A stretch of 64,000 nucleotides of DNA from a virus (taxonomy: Duplodnaviria > Caudoviricetes): IMG/VR virus record IMGVR_UViG_2940244548_000002, positions 1 to 64,000 of that record. One strand, 5' to 3'. The notes beneath the pieces are model-generated. The model was not told where the DNA came from. It searched no databases and was given only the letters and a program-made list of their open reading frames with translations. The translations under genes and the position numbers were made by a program. Shown here in pieces: positions 38,816 through 48,800 of this stretch; position 1 is the first letter of the stretch, and each line of letters begins with the position of its first letter.

Positions 38816-41800
38816 TGAGTGAATTTATAGATGGTGCTTTAGCATTTCGTGCAACTTTAGATATAGATGATTTCGATGTTTCAGCGGAATCAATGGAGAG
38901 GCATATCCAAAGGGTTTCTACTACAGCCGTACAAGAAGCCGAAAAGATGGATAACGCTTTCTCCAAAGCTGCTGCTGCCTTTATCGGGATTGTTGGAGTG
39001 AATCAGGCAGCTGGGTTTGTGAAAAACATGATCCAGGTTCGCTCTGAGATGCAGAACGTAGAAGCATCATTCAAAGTGTTTTTAGGATCAGCTGAAAAAG
39101 CTGAGGCTTTCTTTGATAGGCTGAATAGATATGCTTATAACAATGTGTTTGAGTTTGCCGATCTTTCAAAATCTGCTGCTCAGTTGCTTGCATTTAGAAC
39201 GGATGTAGAGGATGTTATACCAACCATTAACAAGCTATCAGAGATAGCAGCAGGTACCAATGTTCCGCTGAGTGAAATGGTTAGTCTGTTCAACAAAGCC
39301 AAAGCAAACGATAAGCTGTTATCTGTTGATATTCAGATGTGGGAAAGCCGTGGTGTTCCTTTGGTTTATGAGATGGCTAATGCCATGAATAAAGGAGAGG
39401 ATGAGATCCGTGCTATGGTATCGGCTGGTAAGATCGGTTTTAAAGAACTCAACGATGTTATAGATAAGGTAACTACCAATGGAGGTATGTTTGCTGGCAT
39501 GATGGTTGAAAAAATGAAAACTTTGGGAGATAGTATCGGATTGCTCCAGGATAATATCACCAATATGTTTAATTCACTCGGTGAAGCTAACCACGGAATC
39601 CTAAAAGCAGGTATAGATTCAGCATCATACTTAGTTGAACACTATGAGGAAGTAGGGCGTATTCTCGGATCACTTGTTACTGCCTATGGTACATACAAAG
39701 CTGCTGTTATTGCTACATCTTTGGCGACAAAGGGCAATACAGGAGTATCAATAATAGATAATACCGTTAAATCGGTTAAGCTGACACTCCTAAAAATGGA
39801 GGAAACAGCGACTGGTAAAACAGCTGCTCAGATAGCAGCCATGACAAAAGCAGAGGTAGCTCACACAGCAGCTCTGGAGGCTAAACTTACAGCTGAGGAA
39901 AAGAGCAACCTGGTAAAGTCTATCAGGATAGCAACGATACAGGGTTTGCTTACTGCACAACAGCAGGAATATCTCTCTAATTTAGGGATCACCACCAGCT
40001 CGCAGAATTATGAGGCTGTAGCTATGAGCGTTCTTTCTGTTGAGCAAAGAATGGCTCTCTCAAAGATAGATCTCTCCTCCAAAAGCTCTATTTATCGTGC
40101 TGCTCTCGAAAGTGAGGTAGCAGCTAAAACAAGAGGCACAGCTGCCACTCTGGAGGCAATGAGAACTGATGTTAGGGCTGCTGCTGTTCGGGTTGAATCC
40201 GCTAAACAGACAGCCATAGCAACGATGCAAGCTACAGAGGCAGCTCGTTATGAGGTTTACTGGGCTAAACAATCGGGTGATGCTACCAGGATTGCAACAG
40301 CTGAAAAGAAGTTTGAGGCAGCTGTAGAAAATCAATCCTTAGCCAGGAAAGCTGCTCTCTCCTCTCAGACTGATTTTTACACCAAAAAGAAACAGCTGGA
40401 GGCAGCAGCCACAAAACAGGCTACAGTGGCAGGTATAGCCGATACCACAAGTAAAGGAGCACAAAGTGCAGCAACATCTTTACTCACCACTATCACAACC
40501 AAATGTACAGCAGCTCTCAAAACGCTATGGGCTTCAATGATGACAAACCCGATAGGTTGGATTATCGGTATTGTGGGAGCTTTGGTAAGCGTATTCACCC
40601 TGTTTAAAAACAAGCAGGATGAAACTAATGATGCAATGGGAGAGTTCCAGGAAACAACCAAAAAGGAGATTGATAACCTCAATTTGCTTATGGCTGTACT
40701 TCGTAATACAGAGAAAGGAACAAATGCACACAAACAAGCCTTAGATAAAGTAAATGCAATATTAAAGGAGTACAATAAAGAGCTTATCACCGAATCCACC
40801 ACTGTAGAGGGATTGAAAGATAAATATGATGAGCTTACCGAATCCATTAATGCCAGTGCTGCTGCCAGAGTAAAAGCCAAATACATTGAAAAGATCCAGC
40901 AAGAGCAAACCGAAACTCAGGAGGATGCAAAAAAGGATCTCAGAAAAAGTGGCAATAAACTGAAAACCTATGTAGATAATCCTTATGGAGAATACGGATA
41001 CTGGGAAAGTGTACAATCTATCAGGAAAATGAATGAGGCGGTTTATGATCAGATTGAGATCATGGCTATAGAATCTGCCAATAAGCTCAAAAACCTTACA
41101 GGTGATGCTTATACTCAGGGGTTCAATAAGTCGCTACAAAATATCTCCAATTCTGTTAAAGCTGCATCTGGAGCCAGTGATAAGGATATGCAAGTATTCT
41201 CTACACATTTGCGAAAATACCTATCGGCTATTGTCGAATCAGAGAAAGATGTTGAGAGCAAAACAAATGATCTCATTGCATCTATGGAGGCTTTTGCAAA
41301 CGCTGGAGGATCTGAGCCAGAGATAACAAAAACGGTTGATTATGCTGTTATGTCGTTCTCTGAACTTGATAAACTTGTAAAGGAGACACAGACAGAGATA
41401 GACGAGATCAACGCTAAAGAGATAAAAATTGATACCGACAATACTCGTTTAACTGAGTTGCTTGGAATATTATCCCAGGTGAAACAGACCATTGACGGCA
41501 AAGAGGATAATCTGAATACTGAGGCTGGTATATCAGCTCGTATCAAACAACTCAAAGAGGAGCGTGAAAATGTTGAGATCAATGGGAAAAAGTACAACGA
41601 ACTTACCCAAAAGATCAATTCTCTACAAAGCAGGATCCCCGATAACTCTAAAAATGCTGGTGAGAATGCCATAAAGAAACAGGAACAGCTCGCAGATAAA
41701 CAGCTCCAGGCTGATTTTAGGCTGGAACAGGCTCGTATTGAGATAATGGAGGAGGGATATGCTAAGAGAAAAGCCCAGCTGGATCTACAGCATAGAATGA

Positions 41801-44133
41801 ACCTCGCTAACATTGAAAAAGAGCAGAAAGATCTGGAGAAAGCAAGGAAAGAGGCAGGAGCTGGAGGGCTTAGCGATGATGATAAAAAAGATATTGCCGA
41901 ACGCAAAGAGTTAGAGAATAAAAGCTATGCCAAAGCTGAGAACTCTCTATTTGATGGAGAAATTGAGTACAAAAAGAAACAGTATGAGCTTTATTTCCGA
42001 TGGGTTAAGAATTTAGGCAAAGATGTGGCAGATAAGCAATTTTCTGAGCTGTTAAAAGACGGTAATTCATACAAGGAGTATATTGATAAGAAAATTCAGG
42101 AGCTTAGCCAAAAGAAAGCAGCTGGCACGATCACAGAGGGAGAGGGAAATCATTTGATTGCTCTTAATATGCAATACGATGAGATTACTGGAGCTAAGAC
42201 TGCAATGGATTCATTCAAAGAGAGTGTAACTCGTGCGATCTCACAAGCATCCACTCTGGCTGAAAAGATAGAGGCTATTGCAAATGCTAAGGAAAAGCTG
42301 GCAGCTGGAGGAAATGGTTTAGTTGGTGAAGATGAGCACGCTGAGGCTTCGCTTTTTGTCTCGAATGCTGAGGATGATGTAAATAAAGAGCTGGAGGATA
42401 AGATACTTAATGACTTCCAAACATTTGAGGAGGCAAAGCTGGCTATCCAGGATGAATATGCCCTATTGAGGAGAGTTGCCATGGAGCAAAATAACGCTGA
42501 ACTCCTGGCTCAGATCAATAAAGGAGAGGCTGAGGCTCTTTCTGCTCTCAATGCTCAGATGTTGATGCAAACAGATAGCTGGAATAACTTATTCACTGAT
42601 TTGGATGCTCTAACCATTGAGCAGATAGATAAGCTGGTTACTGAGATACAGGAGAAAATGAACACAGCAGATCTCGATCTAAACCCTGCTGATCTAAAAG
42701 CCGTGTTGGATCGCTTGGATGAGGCAAAGCAAAGGATCCTTGATGTAAATCCGTTTAAGGCTCTCGGAAAAGCTATCGGTGATGTTTTCAAAAAGACTGG
42801 ACAGGGATCCAAAAAAGAAACTGGTGAGATCAAAAGAGACTGGAGTAACCTGGCTAAAGCTACACAGGGTACATTTGACTTTGTAAATGATGCCATTGAT
42901 AGTTGTGATGTTCTTGGAGATCTTATCGGTGATACAGGCAAAGAGACTATAGCTATGGTTCAAGGTATCGCTATGGCTGGTATTGCTATGGCTACTGCTA
43001 TTTCAACAGCAGAAAAAGGATCTGTTATCCTAACAGCTATCTCTATTGCCCTACAAGCTATCCAGTGGATTGCAAGCCTATTCAACAATGATAATAAACT
43101 GGAGGAGAGGATCCAGAATATACAGAAAAACATTGATGCTCTGGAAAATTCATTTGATCGGCTCCAGCACGCTGTTGATCAAACCTATTGGATCTATAGT
43201 GAGGAGGAGAAAACAGCCCATGATAATAGGATTCAGGCTATCAATGAGGAGATAGCAGCTTTGGAAAAACAGGCTATTGTAGCTGTTCAGAGCTGGAACT
43301 TTGTGAAATATGCCGAACTTACTAAGCAGATTAAAGAGCTGAAATATGCCCTGGAGAAAGAGGAAAACAAGGGAGATATGTTCCAGCTGTATGATTTGCA
43401 ACGAAAGAACTTAGAGGAACAGCAACGGCTCATAGAGCAACAGATCCAGGCTGAGAAAGAAAAGAAAAAAACAGACTGGGATAAGATCGCTGGATGGGAG
43501 GAGGCTATCAAAGATATAGATACCCAGCTGGAGGATCTGGAGCGTGAAATGCTGATAACCTTAGCAGGTACCGATATAAAGAGTGCCATTGATGAGTTTG
43601 CCGATGCCCTGGTAGATGCTTATGTAAAGGGAGAGGATGCAGCAAAGGCTTTGGGAGAGGTTACTAAGGATGTGATGAAAAAGGCTGTTGTTGAAGCGAT
43701 AAAAAAGCAATTCCTGGCTAAGGCTATCAATGATGCTGTTCTTTATCTTGGTGAATCTATGAAAGATGGAAAGCTGGATGATTCAGAGAGGGCGAAATTT
43801 GAGAGCATGGTAAATGCTGCTGGTGAGGCTACCTCAAAAGCATTAGAGGCAGTCGGTGATTGGATTAAGGATCTGGAGGATGATGTTACAGAGGATCCTC
43901 TTACAGGTGCTGTGAGATCTCTAAGTGAGGAGACAGGTGGAGTGATAGCTGGTAGGCTGAATGCGTTTGTGATCAATCAATCGGATCAGACTGCAATAAT
44001 GAGGCAGAGCTTACTCTATCAGCAAGAAATAGCAATGAACACCAGGTATAACAAACACCTGGAGGGAATACTGGAAGCTCTAAAGAGAATGGAAACTAAG
44101 GACAACTCATTATTATCACAAGGAATATCATAA
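38815..44133 (+). CDS. Tape measure protein
   Basis: 1772 aa, Ala-rich helical; tape-measure domain near the N-terminus. Confidence 0.93.
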   Translation: MSEFIDGALAFRATLDIDDFDVSAESMERHIQRVSTTAVQEAEKMDNAFSKAAAAFIGIVGVNQAAGFVKNMIQVRSEMQNVEASFKVFLGSAEKAEAFFDRLNRYAYNNVFEFADLSKSAAQLLAFRTDVEDVIPTINKLSEIAAGTNVPLSEMVSLFNKAKANDKLLSVDIQMWESRGVPLVYEMANAMNKGEDEIRAMVSAGKIGFKELNDVIDKVTTNGGMFAGMMVEKMKTLGDSIGLLQDNITNMFNSLGEANHGILKAGIDSASYLVEHYEEVGRILGSLVTAYGTYKAAVIATSLATKGNTGVSIIDNTVKSVKLTLLKMEETATGKTAAQIAAMTKAEVAHTAALEAKLTAEEKSNLVKSIRIATIQGLLTAQQQEYLSNLGITTSSQNYEAVAMSVLSVEQRMALSKIDLSSKSSIYRAALESEVAAKTRGTAATLEAMRTDVRAAAVRVESAKQTAIATMQATEAARYEVYWAKQSGDATRIATAEKKFEAAVENQSLARKAALSSQTDFYTKKKQLEAAATKQATVAGIADTTSKGAQSAATSLLTTITTKCTAALKTLWASMMTNPIGWIIGIVGALVSVFTLFKNKQDETNDAMGEFQETTKKEIDNLNLLMAVLRNTEKGTNAHKQALDKVNAILKEYNKELITESTTVEGLKDKYDELTESINASAAARVKAKYIEKIQQEQTETQEDAKKDLRKSGNKLKTYVDNPYGEYGYWESVQSIRKMNEAVYDQIEIMAIESANKLKNLTGDAYTQGFNKSLQNISNSVKAASGASDKDMQVFSTHLRKYLSAIVESEKDVESKTNDLIASMEAFANAGGSEPEITKTVDYAVMSFSELDKLVKETQTEIDEINAKEIKIDTDNTRLTELLGILSQVKQTIDGKEDNLNTEAGISARIKQLKEERENVEINGKKYNELTQKINSLQSRIPDNSKNAGENAIKKQEQLADKQLQADFRLEQARIEIMEEGYAKRKAQLDLQHRMNLANIEKEQKDLEKARKEAGAGGLSDDDKKDIAERKELENKSYAKAENSLFDGEIEYKKKQYELYFRWVKNLGKDVADKQFSELLKDGNSYKEYIDKKIQELSQKKAAGTITEGEGNHLIALNMQYDEITGAKTAMDSFKESVTRAISQASTLAEKIEAIANAKEKLAAGGNGLVGEDEHAEASLFVSNAEDDVNKELEDKILNDFQTFEEAKLAIQDEYALLRRVAMEQNNAELLAQINKGEAEALSALNAQMLMQTDSWNNLFTDLDALTIEQIDKLVTEIQEKMNTADLDLNPADLKAVLDRLDEAKQRILDVNPFKALGKAIGDVFKKTGQGSKKETGEIKRDWSNLAKATQGTFDFVNDAIDSCDVLGDLIGDTGKETIAMVQGIAMAGIAMATAISTAEKGSVILTAISIALQAIQWIASLFNNDNKLEERIQNIQKNIDALENSFDRLQHAVDQTYWIYSEEEKTAHDNRIQAINEEIAALEKQAIVAVQSWNFVKYAELTKQIKELKYALEKEENKGDMFQLYDLQRKNLEEQQRLIEQQIQAEKEKKKTDWDKIAGWEEAIKDIDTQLEDLEREMLITLAGTDIKSAIDEFADALVDAYVKGEDAAKALGEVTKDVMKKAVVEAIKKQFLAKAINDAVLYLGESMKDGKLDDSERAKFESMVNAAGEATSKALEAVGDWIKDLEDDVTEDPLTGAVRSLSEETGGVIAGRLNAFVINQSDQTAIMRQSLLYQQEIAMNTRYNKHLEGILEALKRMETKDNSLLSQGIS

Positions 44134-44642
44134 TGGAACTGGCAGACAAATTAAAACAAGATGGTGAAGTGAAAGGACTTTGTAGGCTCTGGAGAGGTAG
44201 GCTTAAACCAGGTATGAGCATAGAGAGCATGGTAAAGCTCTTTATTCGTGGGATAGACTTCTGTATATCGGAGGATTTTCCCACTCTGGAGTTTATACGA
44301 GTTAATTTCAAGGGTAAATGTGAGCAATATGGAGCATTTGTCGATGATGAGGTGAACGGTCGTAAAAACGCACCTGATACGGTTCTTAACGGTAATTGTA
44401 AGGCTATGATGGAATATGATGGCTTTACCGTTTCCAGGATCTTTATCAGGCATAATAGCCAGGCAGCTGTGATCGCTTCTGATAATGCCATGGTTACTAT
44501 TGATGCTTTTGATAACTCCAATTTAGCTGTGGCAACGGCTGGAAATAGCTCTCAGATATTTGTAAATCTGTATGGAAATGCTCAGGTTGAATGTATCGGT
44601 GAGAACATCCAGGTTAAGAAAATGAATAAAGAAACATATTAA
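44133..44642 (+). CDS. Conserved hypothetical tail-region protein
   Basis: Coupled to TMP; beta-repeat C-terminus. Confidence 0.7.
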   Translation: MELADKLKQDGEVKGLCRLWRGRLKPGMSIESMVKLFIRGIDFCISEDFPTLEFIRVNFKGKCEQYGAFVDDEVNGRKNAPDTVLNGNCKAMMEYDGFTVSRIFIRHNSQAAVIASDNAMVTIDAFDNSNLAVATAGNSSQIFVNLYGNAQVECIGENIQVKKMNKETY

Positions 44643-44653
44643 AAATAAACAGT

Positions 44654-45844
44654 ATGACAGTTGTTGATAAGAACTTAATTTTATACCTGCCTTTTGATGA
44701 TCCAGATGGCAGTATAGCGTATGACTACTCAATGAGTAGAGCTGATGGTACTCTTTCAGGTGGAGCTTTCTTTTCAAAACAAGCTAAGATCGCCAAATCT
44801 TTAGACCTAAATGGGAAAGGTGAATGTGTAACATCAAAGGTAATACCATTCAGTTCCGATTTTACCCTTTCTTTTTATTTGAAATCTACAACTAAAAAGG
44901 TAGGATGGCTTTTGAATTTTCCTGGTATAGATAATTTCCTGGAGCAATGGCTGGATGTGGTACCTGAGCGTTTTTACTTTTTTGCTTTTGTCAAAAGCGG
45001 AAACCTGTTTACTGTGTATCAGAATGGCAATGAGGTTTACAGAGGAACACTGGCAGCAACTCCTGTGGGGTTCTCTATCAATGACTGCAATCTCTCTGGT
45101 AGTTATGCCTGTATTGATGAGCTACAGCTATTCAATGTGGCTAAAACTCCTGTGGAGATCCTTAAAATGCAAAGTGATACTGATGTAGAGTATTACATAG
45201 ATGGGAAAAACTTTAAGGAGTTCGGAGTTTATGTATCGGCTTCAAACGGATTAGTTGGTAGGCTTGGCAGGAAAGAATCTCTTACTGTTGATTGGGATAA
45301 TTACCATGGTATTGTGAGAGACAAAAAACGTCCTCGATACAAAGAGAGAAATATTACTCTGGATTGTTTTATTGAGGCTTCCAGTAGATCCGCTTATGTT
45401 GAGTGGGTGAATCTATTTATGGCTCAATTCGACAAAGAGGGAACTCAACGCCTCACTATTGAATACGATGGAAAAACAAAACCTTTAGTATATGAGGTTA
45501 TTTCTATGGATGATGTGGATCCAGCGAAAAAGTGGGGAACTTACAACGATAACCTAATGGTGGGCACATTTAAACTCAAACTGATAGAGGATGAGCCAGT
45601 AAAGAAAGTGCTTAGGCATATAGGAGGAACTGCTAACACAAAGGTAGAAATCAATGTTACAAGCTCTAAGTTGTTAAATATTTACTGGGGTGATGGCTCC
45701 CATACATTTGATGTGTCGGGTACAAAAGCCATAGAGCACACCTACTCGGAGCCTGGGATCTATGATATAATCATTACTGGGGTGATTGAGGATATTGAAA
45801 ATTTCTCTACTAATGCGATCATTGTATGGAACAAATTACTCTAA
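44654..45844 (+). CDS. Distal tail-like protein with N-terminal LamG/ConA domain
   Basis: LILYLPFD...IDELQLFN LamG; YYIDGKNFKEFGVYV Dit-like; C-terminal PKD-like IYWGDG..HTY. Confidence 0.7.
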   Translation: MTVVDKNLILYLPFDDPDGSIAYDYSMSRADGTLSGGAFFSKQAKIAKSLDLNGKGECVTSKVIPFSSDFTLSFYLKSTTKKVGWLLNFPGIDNFLEQWLDVVPERFYFFAFVKSGNLFTVYQNGNEVYRGTLAATPVGFSINDCNLSGSYACIDELQLFNVAKTPVEILKMQSDTDVEYYIDGKNFKEFGVYVSASNGLVGRLGRKESLTVDWDNYHGIVRDKKRPRYKERNITLDCFIEASSRSAYVEWVNLFMAQFDKEGTQRLTIEYDGKTKPLVYEVISMDDVDPAKKWGTYNDNLMVGTFKLKLIEDEPVKKVLRHIGGTANTKVEINVTSSKLLNIYWGDGSHTFDVSGTKAIEHTYSEPGIYDIIITGVIEDIENFSTNAIIVWNKLL

Positions 45845-48800
45845 TAAAGCGAAATGGAACAAATGTAAATCTCTTTAGCAAACAGCCATTCTGTACCGTG
45901 TCCAGTGCGGTGCAGAATATTACTTTGATGGGTGATGATAACGTAAAGCTATCTATCAAGTCCACTCAGTTTTTGAGCTTTGCAAAAGGAGATAAGATCC
46001 TTGTTGATGGGCAGGAGTATTCTATTCGCACAAAAGTAAATAGAGAGATCCTGGCTGATAACATATATTCGTATGAGGCTGTTTTTTACGGTGTAATGTA
46101 TGAGCTGATGAAAAGCCAGTACAGAAATACTGATGCAAACGGCAAATCAACCAAATCAACATTTGACCTAACATATTCATTAAAGGATTTTATCAAAGTA
46201 GTTATCTATAATGTGAATCGTGATTATCCTGGTATATGGAGATTCGATGAGGAAAACTGCCCTGATACTGAGCCTAAAACATTGCAATTTTCAAGAAAAA
46301 ACTGCTTGCAAGTCTTACAAACTGCTTGTAAAGAGTGGAAATATGAGTTCAGGATAGTTCAAGAGGATGGCATTCGTACCATTCAGATTGGAAAGTTCGG
46401 CACAAAAATTACACCTCCAGGAGGAAAAGATTTTTTTGAATGGGGTAAAGGGAATGGGTTATTCAAGCTGAAAGAGCAAAAGGTAGATGATAAAAGCATT
46501 ATCACCAGGCTTTGGGTTGAGGGTGGTACACAGAACCTCAGGAGCGACTATAGAGATTACTCGGATAGGCTACAGCTCCCATATCCTAAACGATTGAACC
46601 AAAGAGAACACACGCTATCAGATGGTACTGTTATCCCTCCACTAAGTGAATATATCGGAATTGACAATGATAACGACCGATACATGGAGGATCCCGACCT
46701 GAGAGATACCATAGGTAGCGATGAGGATACTGAGTATTATGATGCAATCTATCCTAAAAGAACAGGTGAGGTTACAGCTCTTGGATCTGATATTTATTCG
46801 TTTGTGGATAACACAATGGACTTTGATCTAAATGAAAAGGATTCGGAGGGCACTAAGTATCTGATAAATGGCGTTACTGCAAAACTAACTTTCATAACAG
46901 GAAAGCTGGCAGGGCAGCAATTTGAGTTAAAGGAAAAGGGAGGTTACAACCATTCTACAAAAACATTCTCTATTATAAAATATACCGATGAGAGGGGTTT
47001 GAGCATCCCTACAGAGGATAGTGAGGCTTTCCGTATAATGGTTGGAGATAAGTATAAGATAACGGATATTAATCTCCCCAAAAGCTATGAGGATAATGCT
47101 GAGGAGGATCTATGGTATGCTGGGTATGATGATTTCAAGGATCGGAAACAGATGCGTGCTCTGTATGTGCTTACCTTTGATCGCTCCTATTTTATAAATA
47201 CTCTACCCTCTGATTCCAGAACCAAAGTATTTGATTGTGGGGATTATGTTCCTGTGAAAGATGAGAGGTTTAATCTGGAGAAAAATATTCGTATTCAGAA
47301 AATGAGCCGTAATCTATTGATAGATCACGACTATACATTAACTCTCTCTGATACCACTACTATATCAATTCAGACACAAACTGTACTGGATGTGATAGAG
47401 CATAACATCATCATTGACAATCATAGGCTGAGGGATCTGAACAAAGCCAGAAGGGGCTGGAGAACCACTGAGGAGCTTAGGAATATGGTGTATGATACTG
47501 ATGGGTACTTTGACGTGGATAATATCAAGCCAAACAGTATAGATACCAATATGCTCACCGTTGGATCAAAATCTCAGCAGTTTGTTCTCATTGATACAAT
47601 TTTACAGGCTAATGTGAATGGCTATCCTAACCGATTTGAGGCTACAGCAGGGATCTTGGCACATCTATCCATAAATGATACGATCATACGACAATGGAAT
47701 ATGTCTGCTGCCAGCGTTACCCTTTCGGAGGCTGGTGGGTATTATGTGTTTGCGAAATGTAGTAAGGATGGCAGCTCTGGAGTATATTATATCACTCAGG
47801 AACAGATCAAGGTTGAGCCAGTTAGCGATCCTAACAACTACTATTTTCAAGTTGGTATTATCGGATCATTGCATCCTGATGATGGCTTTAGAGACTTCAC
47901 AACCACATACGGATTTACCAGGATAAACGGAAATACTATCACTACTGGAAAAATTGTAACTTCTGATGGTGAGTGCTACCTGGATCTGGATGGGAATAAG
48001 TTTAGGATCGGAGATGCTACCAGTTCTATTGATTGGAATGTAACAGCCAGGAACCAGCTCACACTTAAAAATGTGAAGCTACAAAGCGGTTCTGGAGATC
48101 TCTCTGATATTGGTGTGTATAGAGGTGTGTATAATTCAGCATACATCTACTATAGAGGTGATGAGGTAAGCTATACGGTCAATGGTGAAACTTGTACTTA
48201 TCGCTACACTAACCCTACACCAGGTAAAGGGAATCCTCCCACAAACTCTGTTTACTGGTCGGTTGTGGCAAAAGGGCAATCTGGTAAAGATGGAGAAAAC
48301 GGTGTTCCAGGAAAGGATGGTGTTGATGGAAAAACAACATATTTCCATATTAAATATTCAGCAGTAGGAAACCCTACAAGCTCCAGCCAAATGTCTGAGG
48401 TACCTAACACTTACATAGGTACTTATGTGGACTATACAGAGGCTGATAGCAATGATCCTAAAAAATACACATGGGCACGCTTTCAAGGACTGCAAGGAGA
48501 GGATGGTGAGAATGGTATCCCTGGGGTAAATGGTGAGAATGGAGAGACTTCTTATCTACATATAAAGTATAGTGATGATGGAGGCTTAACATTTACGGAC
48601 AATAATGGGGAAACAGCAGGTAGTTGGATAGGTCAATATACCGATTTCAACATAAAGGATAGCGATCTTACAACAGCTTACACCTGGAGCCGAATTAAAG
48701 GAGAGGACGGAACTCCTGGATCCAGCGGTATAGATGGAGTGGATGGAGATTTCTATGAGTACAGATATGCAAAAAATACATCTGAAACCACTCCTCCTGC

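Noticed and set aside
39366..44521. Many minus-strand ORFs over the tape measure gene (and similar ones over the ATPases)
   Set aside because: Ser/Leu/Phe-rich shadow frames of long coiled-coil genes, with no independent signals.
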